NCBI GenBank assembly: GCA_026026165.1 | Contig: JAPEUD010000027.1 | Coordinates: forward strand, 1-64,000 | Length of the DNA: 64,000 nucleotides | DNA from: Sarea resinae | Lineage: Eukaryota | Reading direction: 5' to 3' | Shown: positions 23,030 through 35,589 of the stretch, piece by piece | Position numbering within the stretch: the stretch's first letter is position 1 | How the letters are laid out: each line of letters begins with the position of its first letter | Translations under genes and position numbers: made by a program | Notes under the pieces: model-generated | Seen by the model: the letters and a program-made list of their open reading frames with translations, nothing else | Databases searched by the model: none | What the model was told of the DNA's origin: nothing

Positions 23030-25810
23030 TCAATGCCATACTTTCTGAGCCGGACCTCCGCGCGCCCATTCCAATCTTTCCGCCAATATCTCCCAGCAAG
23101 GCTCTCCACCAGCTCGGCTCACGCCCCGCAATCCCGCGCCCACAAAATTGCAGAGCCGTTCAAACTGTTCCCGCATCTTCCGCAATCGATCCGCGAATGC
23201 CGTCTCTTGGAAGGAGATATAACTCGTGTCGGCCTCGCCATGTTCCTCGTCATCGTCATCTTCAGAGGACGAGGAAGGCTCGGCATGCGAATTTGATGGC
23301 CGTCTGCGGCGACGAGGTCGCGCTTGACTGATGAAGGAAATCATGGAGCGATTTGTTGTATCGAAGAACTTCTCGCCCGCGTAGCGGGCCTGAGCATCTG
23401 AGAAAAGAATGGTAAGGTCGAGTAGGGAGATGATGGACTGATGGATCGGTGCCAGCTTTTTCGAAAGGAGACATTGATCTAGGAGACGAGAACTGAAAAG
23501 TTCGTGAGCGGCTATTATTGAGTCGACGTCCTCGGCCCCAGCTATGGAGTTGCGCATTTCTGCCGTAGCCATCGTGAGAACATGCTCGGTCATATATGTA
23601 TAGAGAGTGTTGGTGAACCACAGGAGTCGGTGACGCAGCAGCAGAGACAGACTCTGTTCTTCCTGGTCCAGAGGTCGCGAGTCAAAGTCTAGAAGGCGGA
23701 ACCGCTCAAGGATGCTCTTTGCACGGCGAATCTGTAGTAGAAAAGTAAAAACTGATTGATATACAGTGAGAGATTTGGCGTTGACAATGTTAGCAAGTGG
23801 CCAAGGTAGCTGCATGGTCAGGTCAGCTATATGAGGAAGCATAATATTCAGAAAGTTCAGGTGGCCTACCATATAGTCTATTGAGACGCTGCCTAGTATC
23901 TTCACCGACCGCCGCCGGTTCTGCACATCTCTATATCCCCCAACCTGCGATCGAATTGCTAGTCTGTCTTCATCGATGCTTTCAACGGCTGCAAAAGTAC
24001 CTTGGAGGAGATCGGTCAGGAAATAGCGGTCATTCCAAGCTTTCTTTCCTCGATCGATCCTGTCGTAGATTATCTGAGCAACGTTGCCCCGTAAAGCACC
24101 GTCTTTGAAGAAGTAGACATATTCTAAAGCATCCAAGACTCTCCACAGGCCGCACTGTGAAAACAAATGCTGTCGTAAGATACAGGAGGCTGAATGATGC
24201 TTAGTGTTGACCCAACGATCGAAAGCGCTATTAAAGAGCTCAGAGAAGGGTGCTAAAGTAAAAGACGACTTAGGATCTATTACGGTATCATAATTTAGAT
24301 CCAGTCCCGTCTCCCAGAGAGCATAATCTTCGAGGAAGACTCCAAGCTCTCTTAGGAATATCACACTCTTCCCAGTTGTGAAGATCCTGTTAGAAGAAGC
24401 GGAAAGGAAGTTAGGGGCATGCAGCCGCCCAAATTCGTTTCGCTGAACGTAATATCGATCATGCCAGAGCGCACTGAGTTCAGGTTGTCCTGCGGCCGGC
24501 CTAATGAAGAAGGACTGGTCGTGTGGGGAGAGCTCTCCTCTTTCCATCCACAAACTTATCGGCTTTAGATATGTCTCAAAGCAATCGAAGAACAAGCGTC
24601 CCATGAAATCAAACCTATCATCATCTCCAGTCATTTGTAGTAAACATGTTCTGTCGAAAAGGGCCTCGAGGAAGAGGAAGGAGTCATTCTGCGAGCTCAC
24701 AGATAACTTGCCGATGAGCTCTGCAAGCTCTAGCATACGCATGACGCTAGGCTTCAGGCGATGGGAGGTTTCGGTCAAGCTAACGACTTCACCCTCTGGT
24801 GAACCTAAGAAGCCACTCTCGAGCTTAGCAAGGACGCTGGCAAATTCCCTGATCCGCCGATTTACGGCTGCCCTTAAGGTCTGTAGTAAGGACGTTGACT
24901 GCTCCCTCTTAGTCCACATTCGAAGTCCGTTGATTTCCGTGCCAATATCCGCAAATGAGCGGAGGACGTCGTGGAAAGTGTCCTGAGAGGAATGCCGCAT
25001 AGCATATTTGCTGTTAATGCTAATGATTCCCGAGCGGGCGTCGATGTTGAAAAGGACTGTTGGAAGGCCGGACAGCATGAAGAGTACCTCTTTGACGGCT
25101 TGTAGTTCGGTGACGAGCCACGAGTCCTTTGAACTCTCGGAAAATTGGTTCTGGACGCGATCTTGAGGCTCGAAGAAGACAGGATTGTTCCAAAATTGCA
25201 ATCTTGAGAGATCATTGACGCCTTGATCATTTGGATTGACAAGAAAAGCAGCAGCCTCAAAGTCATCCTCAACTATCGAGGAAGCCTTGGTATCATTCAT
25301 ATCAGTGGACTCATCCAGACCAATGCTGTCATTCCGTTCGTCATCTTCAGAGCTGTCAGCGCCATAGTCAATGTCGTCCCATATCCCCTCTTCATCTAGC
25401 GGATCGTCCGCGATGATCTCGGACCATGTCAGCGGAGGAGGTGGATCTGGCGGCTTGAGAGATTCCAACTTCTCTAAGCCAGAGTTGATTGCCGGCCTAT
25501 CTGAGAGATGGAGCAGCAACAGAAGCGTTTCAGGCGTCCATCTGTTGTTTCTTGCGGCCAATTCGTCAAGCCGCTTTCGGAGGGCATCCGCCACCGCGTC
25601 CTGATTCAAGACCTGGAACTTTTCTTCCAGTCCTTCCAAGCGGCGATTGACATCGAACGGGTCCGTACGACCGAAATTGTGGTGCTTCAAGCTTCGAGAC
25701 GTGAAGTCCCGACATAATCTGAAGTTACGCGGATCGCTCTTGTCCGAAAGACCGGTGATGAGCGTAATGAGCTCGTCCGTGAGGACATTGATCCTGATAG
25801 CGGGGGCCAT
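23030..25810 (-). CDS. GCP5: Gamma-tubulin complex component, Spc97/98 family, GCP5-like; in-frame intron 23869-23810
   Basis: 926-aa ORF. N-terminus HNFGRTDPFDVNRRLEGLEEKF resembles fungal GCP5/Mod21; GRIP-like segments EVLFMLSG, IFTTGKS, LPWPL..YQSVFTFLLQIRRAK. The 60-nt intron GTAGGC..GCTGAC..CAG preserves the frame. Confidence 0.85.
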   Translation of the reverse strand: MAPAIRINVLTDELITLITGLSDKSDPRNFRLCRDFTSRSLKHHNFGRTDPFDVNRRLEGLEEKFQVLNQDAVADALRKRLDELAARNNRWTPETLLLLLHLSDRPAINSGLEKLESLKPPDPPPPLTWSEIIADDPLDEEGIWDDIDYGADSSEDDERNDSIGLDESTDMNDTKASSIVEDDFEAAAFLVNPNDQGVNDLSRLQFWNNPVFFEPQDRVQNQFSESSKDSWLVTELQAVKEVLFMLSGLPTVLFNIDARSGIISINSKYAMRHSSQDTFHDVLRSFADIGTEINGLRMWTKREQSTSLLQTLRAAVNRRIREFASVLAKLESGFLGSPEGEVVSLTETSHRLKPSVMRMLELAELIGKLSVSSQNDSFLFLEALFDRTCLLQMTGDDDRFDFMGRLFFDCFETYLKPISLWMERGELSPHDQSFFIRPAAGQPELSALWHDRYYVQRNEFGRLHAPNFLSASSNRIFTTGKSVIFLRELGVFLEDYALWETGLDLNYDTVIDPKSSFTLAPFSELFNSAFDRWVNTKHHSASCILRQHLFSQCGLWRVLDALEYVYFFKDGALRGNVAQIIYDRIDRGKKAWNDRYFLTDLLQGTFAAVESIDEDRLAIRSQVGGYRDVQNRRRSVKILGSVSIDYMVGHLNFLNIMLPHIADLTMQLPWPLANIVNAKSLTVYQSVFTFLLQIRRAKSILERFRLLDFDSRPLDQEEQSLSLLLRHRLLWFTNTLYTYMTEHVLTMATAEMRNSIAGAEDVDSIIAAHELFSSRLLDQCLLSKKLAPIHQSIISLLDLTILFSDAQARYAGEKFFDTTNRSMISFISQARPRRRRRPSNSHAEPSSSSEDDDDEEHGEADTSYISFQETAFADRLRKMREQFERLCNFVGAGLRGVSRAGGEPCWEILAERLEWARGGPAQKVWH

Positions 25811-26299
25811 TTCCTAGCTTATTTTCGAGGGTCTTAATACATGTTGCGGAGTCTTTGGTGTTTTAGGCTTTTGGTCCGCGCGCCGCGCGGTGTTCTTCGA
25901 TATCATCGTGTTCCTGGGGTGTACGCAGTAAACGGATCCATCTTTAGGGAGACGCGACGACTCGCTTCATCTGGTAATACTTTGTACTTTGTACTTCTCT
26001 CTGAAAATTGACGGTCCCTCAGGTAGGACCGTTAATTTTTCGCTTATGTAAACAAGTACGTACTACTAGATTATGTAATCCACTATTCATGTAAATCTTT
26101 AAAGTTCCTAAAAGATTTATTCACCTAAGGTAGGTAGGTAGGTATTCCTTAACTACTAGGTATATATATAACACCTCTCTCTCTCTCTTCTCTTTTTTCT
26201 CTAACTAAAAACACTACTACTACTACTATAACTACTACTTTGCTATACTCTACCTTTCTCTCTCTAAAAATTTTTTTTAAAAGCTATAAAATAGAATTT

Positions 26300-28600
26300 A
26301 AATATAAGTACTTCTCTAGCTAATAGCTTTATAGCTAGCACCTCTTAACATTGCAAACTATAACTGCTAAGTAAGTTTATTTTCTTATTAAATGCTTAAC
26401 ATTAATTTTCGATATTTTTAAAGTTTTACTTTTCTTTTTTTCAGAATTTTCAAAGCTTTTCTTCCTTGTATTTTACAATTCTTCTGCCTTTTTTTTCATA
26501 ATTTTTGCAACTTTTTAACCTTTTTTCAAAATTTTTAAAATTTATTTTTTTGTTAATTTTCAGAATTTTCAAATCCTAACTTTAAAATAGCTAATACAAA
26601 GCAGCCTATAAGGCTTATTAGAGCAAGGATACCTGCCTAGACTTAGAGGATATAGACAGTCTCTTTATAGAAGAACTTCTTAGGTAAGCTTTTAACTTTC
26701 TTTATCTAGTATTTATTTATTTAATAGAATTTTTAGAAATTACAAATATTATGCTAATTAATTTTTTAGATACAACTTCTAGGTTAAGGATTGTAAGAGC
26801 TTCTCTCTTTATTACTTATACTAGGCCTTAAACACCTCTTACCTTATAGAAGTAAAAGAGCCTCTTAGCTTTAACAATAAGGACTTGCTAAAGTGTAGCT
26901 ACCTATACAAGGTAAGTCTAAAAAATTTCAAATTTTTCATTAATTTTTAAAAATATTGAATTTTTCTAAACTTTTAAGATTTTTAAAATTAATGTCTAAC
27001 TCTAATGTAGCTATCTGCCTTTAAGATATAGATAGTTATACAAAAGATAAGCAGGTAGGAAAACAACGCTAAAGTAAGTATAATTTTCTATTTAATTCTT
27101 TTTTTTCTATTTCTTTTCTATTTTTTTCTTTTTTTTTAATTTTTAAAATTTACTAAATTTACTTTTATAGTACCCTAACACTATGTTACAGAAGACTAAA
27201 AATGCTATATAGGATGCAATAAAGATCCTATATAGTGGCAATTTTATAGTTAGAATGCTTTTCTCTCTAATAAGCTATAGATAAGCTATAGAATAGGCAC
27301 TAAAGCGTAATATCCTTAAGGAAATATAGGTAGCTAGTAGATAGCCTCTCTACTTATATTTTTAGAAATTTATAAAAATTGATAATCTCTACTCTTAATA
27401 CTATAACCTGTGAATTAAGGCTTAATATATAGAATTTTAAATAAGTAGATATTTTAAGAATTCTAAAATATAAAATAAGGAAAGTAATTTAAGATTACTA
27501 AAAATTAACTGAGCTTAAATTAGCTTACATAATACAATTTCTTTGAAATTCCCTTAAATCTTTTACCCTACTCTACTACCTATCTACTAGCTATTTCACA
27601 TTATATCTATTAACTATAGCCTTTGTTTTAATCTCTTATATCTCTTATTATAACTTAGACATATAAGTATACCTCTAGAAAGACCTTAGTAGGATAGGAT
27701 ATAAAGACTCTAAGGAAGATAACTGTATTGTAAGTAAAACAAAATACTTTAATAATGTTAAAGATCTTAGATTCTTTAAGATTTCTAAGAATTAATCTTT
27801 AGATTTAGCTAGAGAAAGAAAGCTTATATAGCTTGTTAGAGAAAGAATGCTTACTCTTCTCTTAATAGTAAGGATTCTAAAGAACAACTTAGGTAAGATT
27901 ATTAAATTCTTTCTTTTAATTTTTAGATATTTCAAAATTTTTAAGACCTAACCTATCTCTTTCTACAAGGTAAATTTCTAAGTAAGAGAAAGGAAATCCT
28001 TCTCTCTTTACTAGTTCTATTAGACCTAGAATGCTACTCGCTCTATTAATAAGAATAAGCTAAAAGAGATAGATAAAGAGAATTACTTAAAGTGCAGATA
28101 CCTCTATAAAGTAAGTCACTATCTTTTAAGATTGTTAAAGATTTACAGAAATCACAAATTTTAAAAATTAATATATTGCCTTAAGCCTATCCTTAAATAA
28201 TACAGTATCTCTTATACTAATAGCTTTTAGCCTTCTATGCTTAAACTTTAGATAAAGGATAATAATCTTATGCCTATAGTAAGGATCTCTTTCTACAGTT
28301 CTGTTTATAAAGATATCTAAAATTTGTTTTTTAATATTCTTAAATTTCTCTTTTAGCAATATCTAATATTCTTCTAGAATCCTAAGACTATACACTAAGG
28401 TGTAAAGCTTGCATTTTAGGCTACTTTAGTAGCCTTATATAGAGAGTTTAATGTTTTAATACTCTTTAATACTTAACTATATACTAGCACAATTCTTAAG
28501 AGAATTATAGAAAGGATTATTAAGGATATAGTACCTTCTAATCCTATTATAAAGGAAGAGAAAGAGAAAGAGGATATAGAGGAAGTATAATAGCGTATTT
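26300..28600 (+). pseudogene. RIP-destroyed multi-exon gene of unknown family inside the large element
   Basis: GTAAG donors at 26371, 26684, 26912, 27074, 27893 and 28111, most followed by CTAA[CT] branch sites and AG acceptors (e.g. 26590, 26769, 27010, 27170), with higher-GC exon-like spacers. Confidence 0.5.
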
Positions 28601-29577
28601 TTATAATTTCTAGTTTTCTCTACTCTACACTTCTATTTTTCAGCATTTCTTTTTATATTAGTTAAAAGTTTTGTTAGTAGTATACTAATAAATTCTGATT
28701 TTTTTTAGGTAAAAACAAAAAACAGAAATCAAAAAAAACGAAAACGCAACTAGAAAGATTGCTAGGATTATCTTGATTCTAAAGGTTATGCTTATAATAT
28801 TAAAGAGAATAGATTATATAAAATTAATGCAAAGAGTCTAAAAGAAACTAGTATAATGTTAGATTAATTTGCTTAAGAGTTTCCTAATACTGTAGTAGTA
28901 AAGAGTTAGAGAAGAAATATTAAACAAAGAATAAAAGAAAAGTAGATAGTAGATTCTTTAAGATCTTTAAAATATATAAAGATGTTAAGATCTTTAGAAT
29001 CTTTAAATCTTATAGATATTAAAATCTTTAAAACTTTTAAGACTAAGTATAATTATAAGATCTACTATAATGCTAACAATATTTCTCTATCTAACTTTAA
29101 GGATTTAAAAAATCCTCTTATCTATAGATTAGGTTATTGTTATAGCTTAATAAATAACATATAATTATAAGATTGTTAAAGTTTATACTCTACCTACTCT
29201 AATCACATAATTTTTAAATAGGCTATCTTTTTTCTTATACAAAATATTAGCACCTCTCTCTTTAAAATAAATAGGTCCTATATAGTGTTAGATTAATCCT
29301 AATATCTAGGAGGTTATAATAAAAGGCTTCTAAAAATTGCTTACTTATCTAGAAGAAAATAGTATTAGACAATATTTAGATATTCTAAAAACAGCTATTT
29401 AAGTATTTTAAAAAACTTATAAGAGGCTTATTCTCTAGAACAACCTAATTATATAATGTAACTTAACAGAATAGATAGCTCTTTATAATTCTAGCATATC
29501 TTATCTACTTAAGTAGAGTATAAACTAGATAGAGATATTTATCTTCTCTATTCTAATAGAGATAAAAGAGTTAAATC

Positions 29578-29886
29578 TATAAGAGCTACTACTAATAGAG
29601 GTGCTGTATAGAGTTTAGCGCAGCGTAGGGTAACTACCTAGTGTAGTTTAGCAACGTTTAGGTAAGCTAAGCAGAGTTATTAGTTATATAGATTAATAGA
29701 GGCGCTAGCTATTAGGGCTAGCGTTTAGTGCAATTACAAAGTCAGTGCCTACTAGCAATATCTATATCTATAGTATTAGTTTTATATCGCTAGAGTGACA
29801 CTAGCACGCTGCAATGCACTAGCCTATTTAATCATGCTATTCCTACCTACTCTACTATAGCTAGAAGCCTAGGAGGTAGTCTAACA
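29578..29886 (+). repeat. 5' LTR of chromovirus copy 1
   Basis: Matches 36665-36973, 56158-56466 and 58499-58807 apart from C>T/G>A changes; termini TA(from TG)..CA. Confidence 0.93.
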
Positions 29887-32800
29887 ATTCTAAACGCTCT
29901 ACTAACACAGCAGTAGACTAGGCGAGATAGTGACAATAAATATATATAATACTCTAAGGGCTCTTAATACTCTACTAGGTGAAAGAGCTAATAGAGACAA
30001 TAGTAAGACAGTAGCAAGCTAGGTAGAAGGCGAGGTTAAGGAGCCTGTCTCTAACTAGATCACTAATTAATTGCTAGACTAAATACAGTAAGAGTATAAC
30101 GCTAAAGAGCAGTAGGCTTAATATTGTTGACTCTAGAGAGAGATAGCCTAGTTCTATATAAAACAGCAACTATAAGCACTTGTATAAGTATTGCAGCTAG
30201 GATAAGGCCTTGCAGCCGCTACGCTAGCACCTTGTATCACTAACTAGACTAAAATCTAAGCTCTAGAGCTATTTACAAGCAAGACAATTAAGGAGTATAA
30301 TGAATTTATCTGATCCTATAAGATAGCGTTCTAACTAGGAGCTATTACAGACAAAAGTGATAATATAGCAAAGGTGCTATATGCTATACAGTACCTAAAA
30401 GACGAACTAGCGCTAGTATAGCACTAGGTTAAAGAATCTACTAAGAAAGACACTTATACCTAGGATAAATTTGTCTTATTCCTACTAGACTAAGTAGAAG
30501 ATCTAGTAAATTAGAGTGGTTTAATATTACAGCTATACTATAACGCTACACAAGGGCCGCACTAGAGCATTAATAGCTTTATAGCTTTCTTAGAACAGAT
30601 TAAACTAGAAGTGCTAGAAGGATAAGACATCCTTAAAGAGCAGCAATACAACTTGTTCTATACTAAGATCTAAAGTAAAATTTACTAGGAACTGCTCTAA
30701 ACTCTGCTAATACTACAAAAGTAGAGCGCTGCTATAGCGTCAGCAAATTAAGTAGAGGAACTCCTTTATATAAGTAATAAAGAGAATAAGAATAAGAACC
30801 TTAATCTATCTAAGCTAGATAATAAGCGATAGTATAGCGATAGTGTAAAGAAGAGAAAGAGTTAGAATAAATAAAGAACTAAATAAAAGTTTAATCCTAC
30901 TAAACATAAGGGCAAAAGCCTACCTCTATAAGAACAAAAAACTTCTGCTTAGCCTAAGGATAATAAAGGCAATAAGTCTATATAGTAGCCTTAACAGCTC
31001 TCTAATAAGGAGTATTGCTACAGGTAAGAAGGCAACCTTTACCTAAACTATAGCTAAGAGAGCTACTTTGCTTCTACTTGTAAGAACAAACGCAACAATA
31101 AGCCTACGCTAGCTTTATAACTAGAGCTAGAACCCTACACTATTTGCTATCTTAGTATAGGAGAATCTTAAGGAGCTCTAACTCTAAGATTAGAGACGTC
31201 GCTAACTATTTACACCTCTAGTAGTACAGCAGATAGCACTACCTTAATTGATTTAGAAGCAGAAGCTTCTCTAGTTTTGCAATCATAGATTAAGGAGTAT
31301 AGGATCTCTAAGGATAAGCTTAGGCAGCTACCTAGCGCAGTGATAGTAAACAGCTTGTAAGTAGCGATCTATAGCTAACACTAATTAGAAATACAAGTCG
31401 CTAATAGTAATAGTGTAAGGAAGACAGTGTAGTGCTAGTTCTTTACCTACAACTTTAATAGTCCTCTATTCTTACTTAGGTATCTATAGCTGTCCTTATA
31501 CCGCTACAATATGCGTTAGTTAGAAGGTAAATTTAGCTACGTTAAGCCTATAGATAAGCCTAGGCTTAGTAAGGAACATTAGAAGAAACATTAGCTAAAC
31601 TGCTAAGGGATTATAGTAGTGCCTAAACCTATAGAGGCAGTGAAGCTTTGCTAGGTCAGCGCTAGTAATAAGATACCTAAACAGTATAAGGAATTTGCTT
31701 CTATCTTTAGCAAAGAGAAAGCTAGCTAACTTCCTAAGCATAGCCTAGCTAACTATGCTATTAAGTTAGAGAGTAAAGACTCTCTCTATAGTCTTATATA
31801 TCTATTATCCTAGAAAGAATTAGGTATTCTACAGACCTACCTAGATAATAGCTTAGCAAAGAGGTAGATTACTCTCTCTATAAGCCCTATTAGTGCGCTA
31901 ATCTTATTTGTGCCTAAGAAGGATAGTAGCTTACAACTTTACATTAACTACTAGGCGTTAAACAAGGTCACTATTAAGAATCAATACCTATTACCCCTTA
32001 TTTCTAAGCTTATAGACTAAATAAGCAGTGCTAAAGTTTTTTTAAAACTAGACCTAAAGGATACCTACTACTATATAAGGATCTGCAAAGGCGACAAGTA
32101 TAAGATAGCGTTCTGCACTTATTACAGCTAGTTTAAATATAAGGTTATGCCCTTTAGATTAGCTAATGCACCTGCTACATTTTAGAGCTATATTAATTAT
32201 GCGTTATAAGGCCTAGTTAATGTCTGCTGCGTTATCTATCTAGATAACATTCTTATATACTCTAATTCACCTAATAAGTATAAGAAGTATATACACTAGG
32301 TCCTTAAACAGCTATCAACCTATAGCCTATATATAAAGCCCTTAAAATGTGTCTTTAAAGTGTAGGAAGTTGATTTCTTAGGATTTGTTATTAGGACTAA
32401 TAGTATCGCGATAGAGAAGAGCTAGGTAGACACTATAAAAGAATAGCTAGCCCTTAAGACCTATTATAACCTCTAAGTCTTCCTAGGATTTACAAATTTC
32501 TACTAACAGTTTATAGAGAAATACTTTGTTAAAGCGCTGCTATTAACTAGCCTGCTTGCTAGGAGTAAGAACAGAAAGAAAAGCAGTCTATTCTACTTCT
32601 CTAAGGAAGCTAAAGAAGCATTTAAAGCCCTAAAAGAAGCTTTTACAACGGCGCCTATACTGCGCTACTACAATCTAAAGAGGCAGATATAAGTAGAAAC
32701 TAACGCTTCTAGATTTGCTGTTACAGCAATTTTATCCTAGCTAGTCAAGGATAAACAAAGTGTAACAACAGCGTTAAGGTAGCACCTAGTTGCATACTAG

Positions 32801-35589
32801 TCTAGAAAGCTTACTAATACTAAATTAAGATATAAAGTGCATGATTTAGAGTTGCTAGCTATTGTAATAGCTTTTAAGCAATAGCACTACTACTTAGAAA
32901 AGGCTAATTACCCTATTAAGGTCTTAACTAACTATGTAAATCTACGCTACTTTATAACAACAAAGGAGTTAACCTATTGCTAGGCTAGATAGGCTAAACA
33001 GCTAGCAGCGTATGATTTTAAACTTATATATAGAGTAGAGAAAGCTAATCTAGCTAATAGGCTGTTGCAGCGCCCTAATTACAAGGTAAAGACATAGGGT
33101 CTAGAAGTAATGCTTTTTACTTTGTAGCAGAAGCTGCAGAACCTGTGTATATTAAAGAGAGATAGCACTGCGCTAGTGATCTAAAACCTTCTTACTAGAA
33201 CAGATAATAAGCATTTAGGCAAAATAGGCGCTAATACACTAAAGGATAATATGCATCTATAAGGGATTAAAAACCTCTCTAGGTTAGAGGATAACACTCT
33301 ACCTACTATTAATAAGCGATAGCAGCGCACTAGGATAACACCTAGTTTAAGCGCAAAGGATAATGTGTATCTATAAAGGATTAAAACCCCTTCTAGGTTA
33401 TAGGATAACACTTAGCCTAATATTAAAGAGCAATAGAGAGGCACTAGAGTGACACTTAGGCCTAGCCTAAATAACAATGCTAATAAGCTAGTATTAGGAG
33501 ATAAGTTTAAACACCTCTATATAAGACAAGTAGTGCATAAGGCAGCTGCTAATAAAAGAGTGTATAAGCTGCTAACAGGCTAGCTGCTTAATATTATCCT
33601 TAGGACTTAGTAAGAAGATTATTTCGCTAAGGAAAAGATTAAAAGCATTCTTACTAAGGAGGTTACAGGCTAAGAAAAGTAGAAAATAGACTCTATAGGC
33701 CTGCTGCGCCTAGAAGGCAAAGCATATATGCTGTGTAATACAGCTATTAGGTTAGAAATTATAAGAATAAACTATAATAACTTGTTTAGTAGCTACTTTA
33801 GTGCTAAGAGAATAACAAAGGTAATCTAGTGTAAATACTAGTAGACTAATTTAGCTAAGGATGTTAAAGAATATATTAATAAGTGCGATATATATTAAAG
33901 GGTCTAGGTGCCTAGGCATCGCCTATATAGCGAGCTATAGTTGTTACCTATGCCTTACTAGTTGTTTAAAGAAATCACTATAGATTTTATTACAGGCCTA
34001 CTACTAAGCAACATAAGAGATTATAAGGCCTGTGATATAATAATAGTAGTAGTTAACTGCTATACAAAGATAGCAAAATATACTCTATACTAGACGAATC
34101 TAAATGCCGCTATACTTGCAGACATATTTATTAATATTATAACAACAGTGTATAGCAATCTAAAGCGCATTGTATTAGATAGAGGCAGTGTATTTGCAAG
34201 CAAATTTTAGTTAGCTATATGCTATTAAATGCGAATTAAGAACTAGCTTAGCACTGCCTTCTACCTGCAGATAAATAGCTAGACTAAGAGGTAAAACTAG
34301 ATGTTAGAACACTACTTATAGTGCTATATAAGCAGCTGCTAGGACGACTAAGCCTTGCTGTTACCTATAGCTAAGTATGCATACAATAATAGCATACATT
34401 TATCTATAGCAATGTCACTCTTCTATGCTCTATATAGCTACAACCTAGATCTGCAACTTAATATTATAGACAATGCTATAGAGAGAGAGGTGCTAGCAGC
34501 GAATAAGCGCCTTAACATCCTCTAAGAGGTAAGATAAAGACTAGAAGAGGATCTTACTAAGGCATAGCAGTACTAAGCTAAGTAGTATAATAGGAAACAT
34601 AAGCTAATGCAATATAAAAGAGGCGATAGAGTTATACTATTAGCGCGCAACCTTAGCACTATACACCTAAGTAAGAAGTTAGAACACTGCTATATAGGCC
34701 TATTTGTAGTATTTAACCTTGTAGGCAAGCAAGCCTACTAGTTATAGCTCTCTAAGGCTTATAGATCTATCTATCTTATATTTTATATATCCTTACTTAA
34801 GCGCTACTACAGCGATAGCAATACCTTAGACTAGCACTTTAAGCTAGTTAATAGCTAGGTTAAGTAGATTGTTAAGAAAATCCTAGGCTATAGAGTACTT
34901 AAGAGAGAGTGATAATATCTAGTTAAGTAGAAAGGAGCTCTAGTAGATAACACTAGCTAGGAGCTAGCAGAACACCTAGCAAACGCTATAGACCTAGTAT
35001 AAGATTATAAACAGCACTTACTCTCTAACTAGTATAGAGGCCTAGCGAACAAAGAATAGGATGCTAGTGTGCTATTAACTAAGCCTTATAGTTAACTAAG
35101 GAAGCGACTACTTAGTGATAGCGCTATAGAGGCGACAGCTAAGAGGCTAAGAGGCTGCCTAAGGAAGAATCTACTACTCTATAAGGAACCTCTAGCTAGC
35201 CTAGAGATGCTAGTAACAAAACGCCTACAAGGAAGGCTATAGAAGTATAGCCTAAAGCTATAGGTAATTGTAAGAAGAAGACCTTACAGCTGTCTTAGAA
35301 AGGACACGCTGTTATAGCACTAGTAAAGAGCTGTTATTAGAACTCTTTCTACCTCTTTTACCTACAAAGGTTTTTAAGTGGTTTTAGCAAGCTAATGTAG
35401 AGGTAGGCTTGTAATGCGATTGCATGCTAATAGTGTACAGTCTCTATAGAAGGCTATTAGGCTATAGGGCTACAATGCTACAGTTATAAGAGGAGATAAA
35501 GTTATAAAAAAGAAAGTGAAATTAAACCTCTAGCGCTATCCTAGCGCGAACCTAAAGCTATCTAGTATACAAAGGAAATAGAAAGAACT

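Noticed and set aside
28168..33411. Short ORFs inside the AT-rich block (28168-28359, 28982-29164, 33181-33411)
   Set aside because: Chance frames in RIP-mutated DNA, rich in I/L/K/Y.
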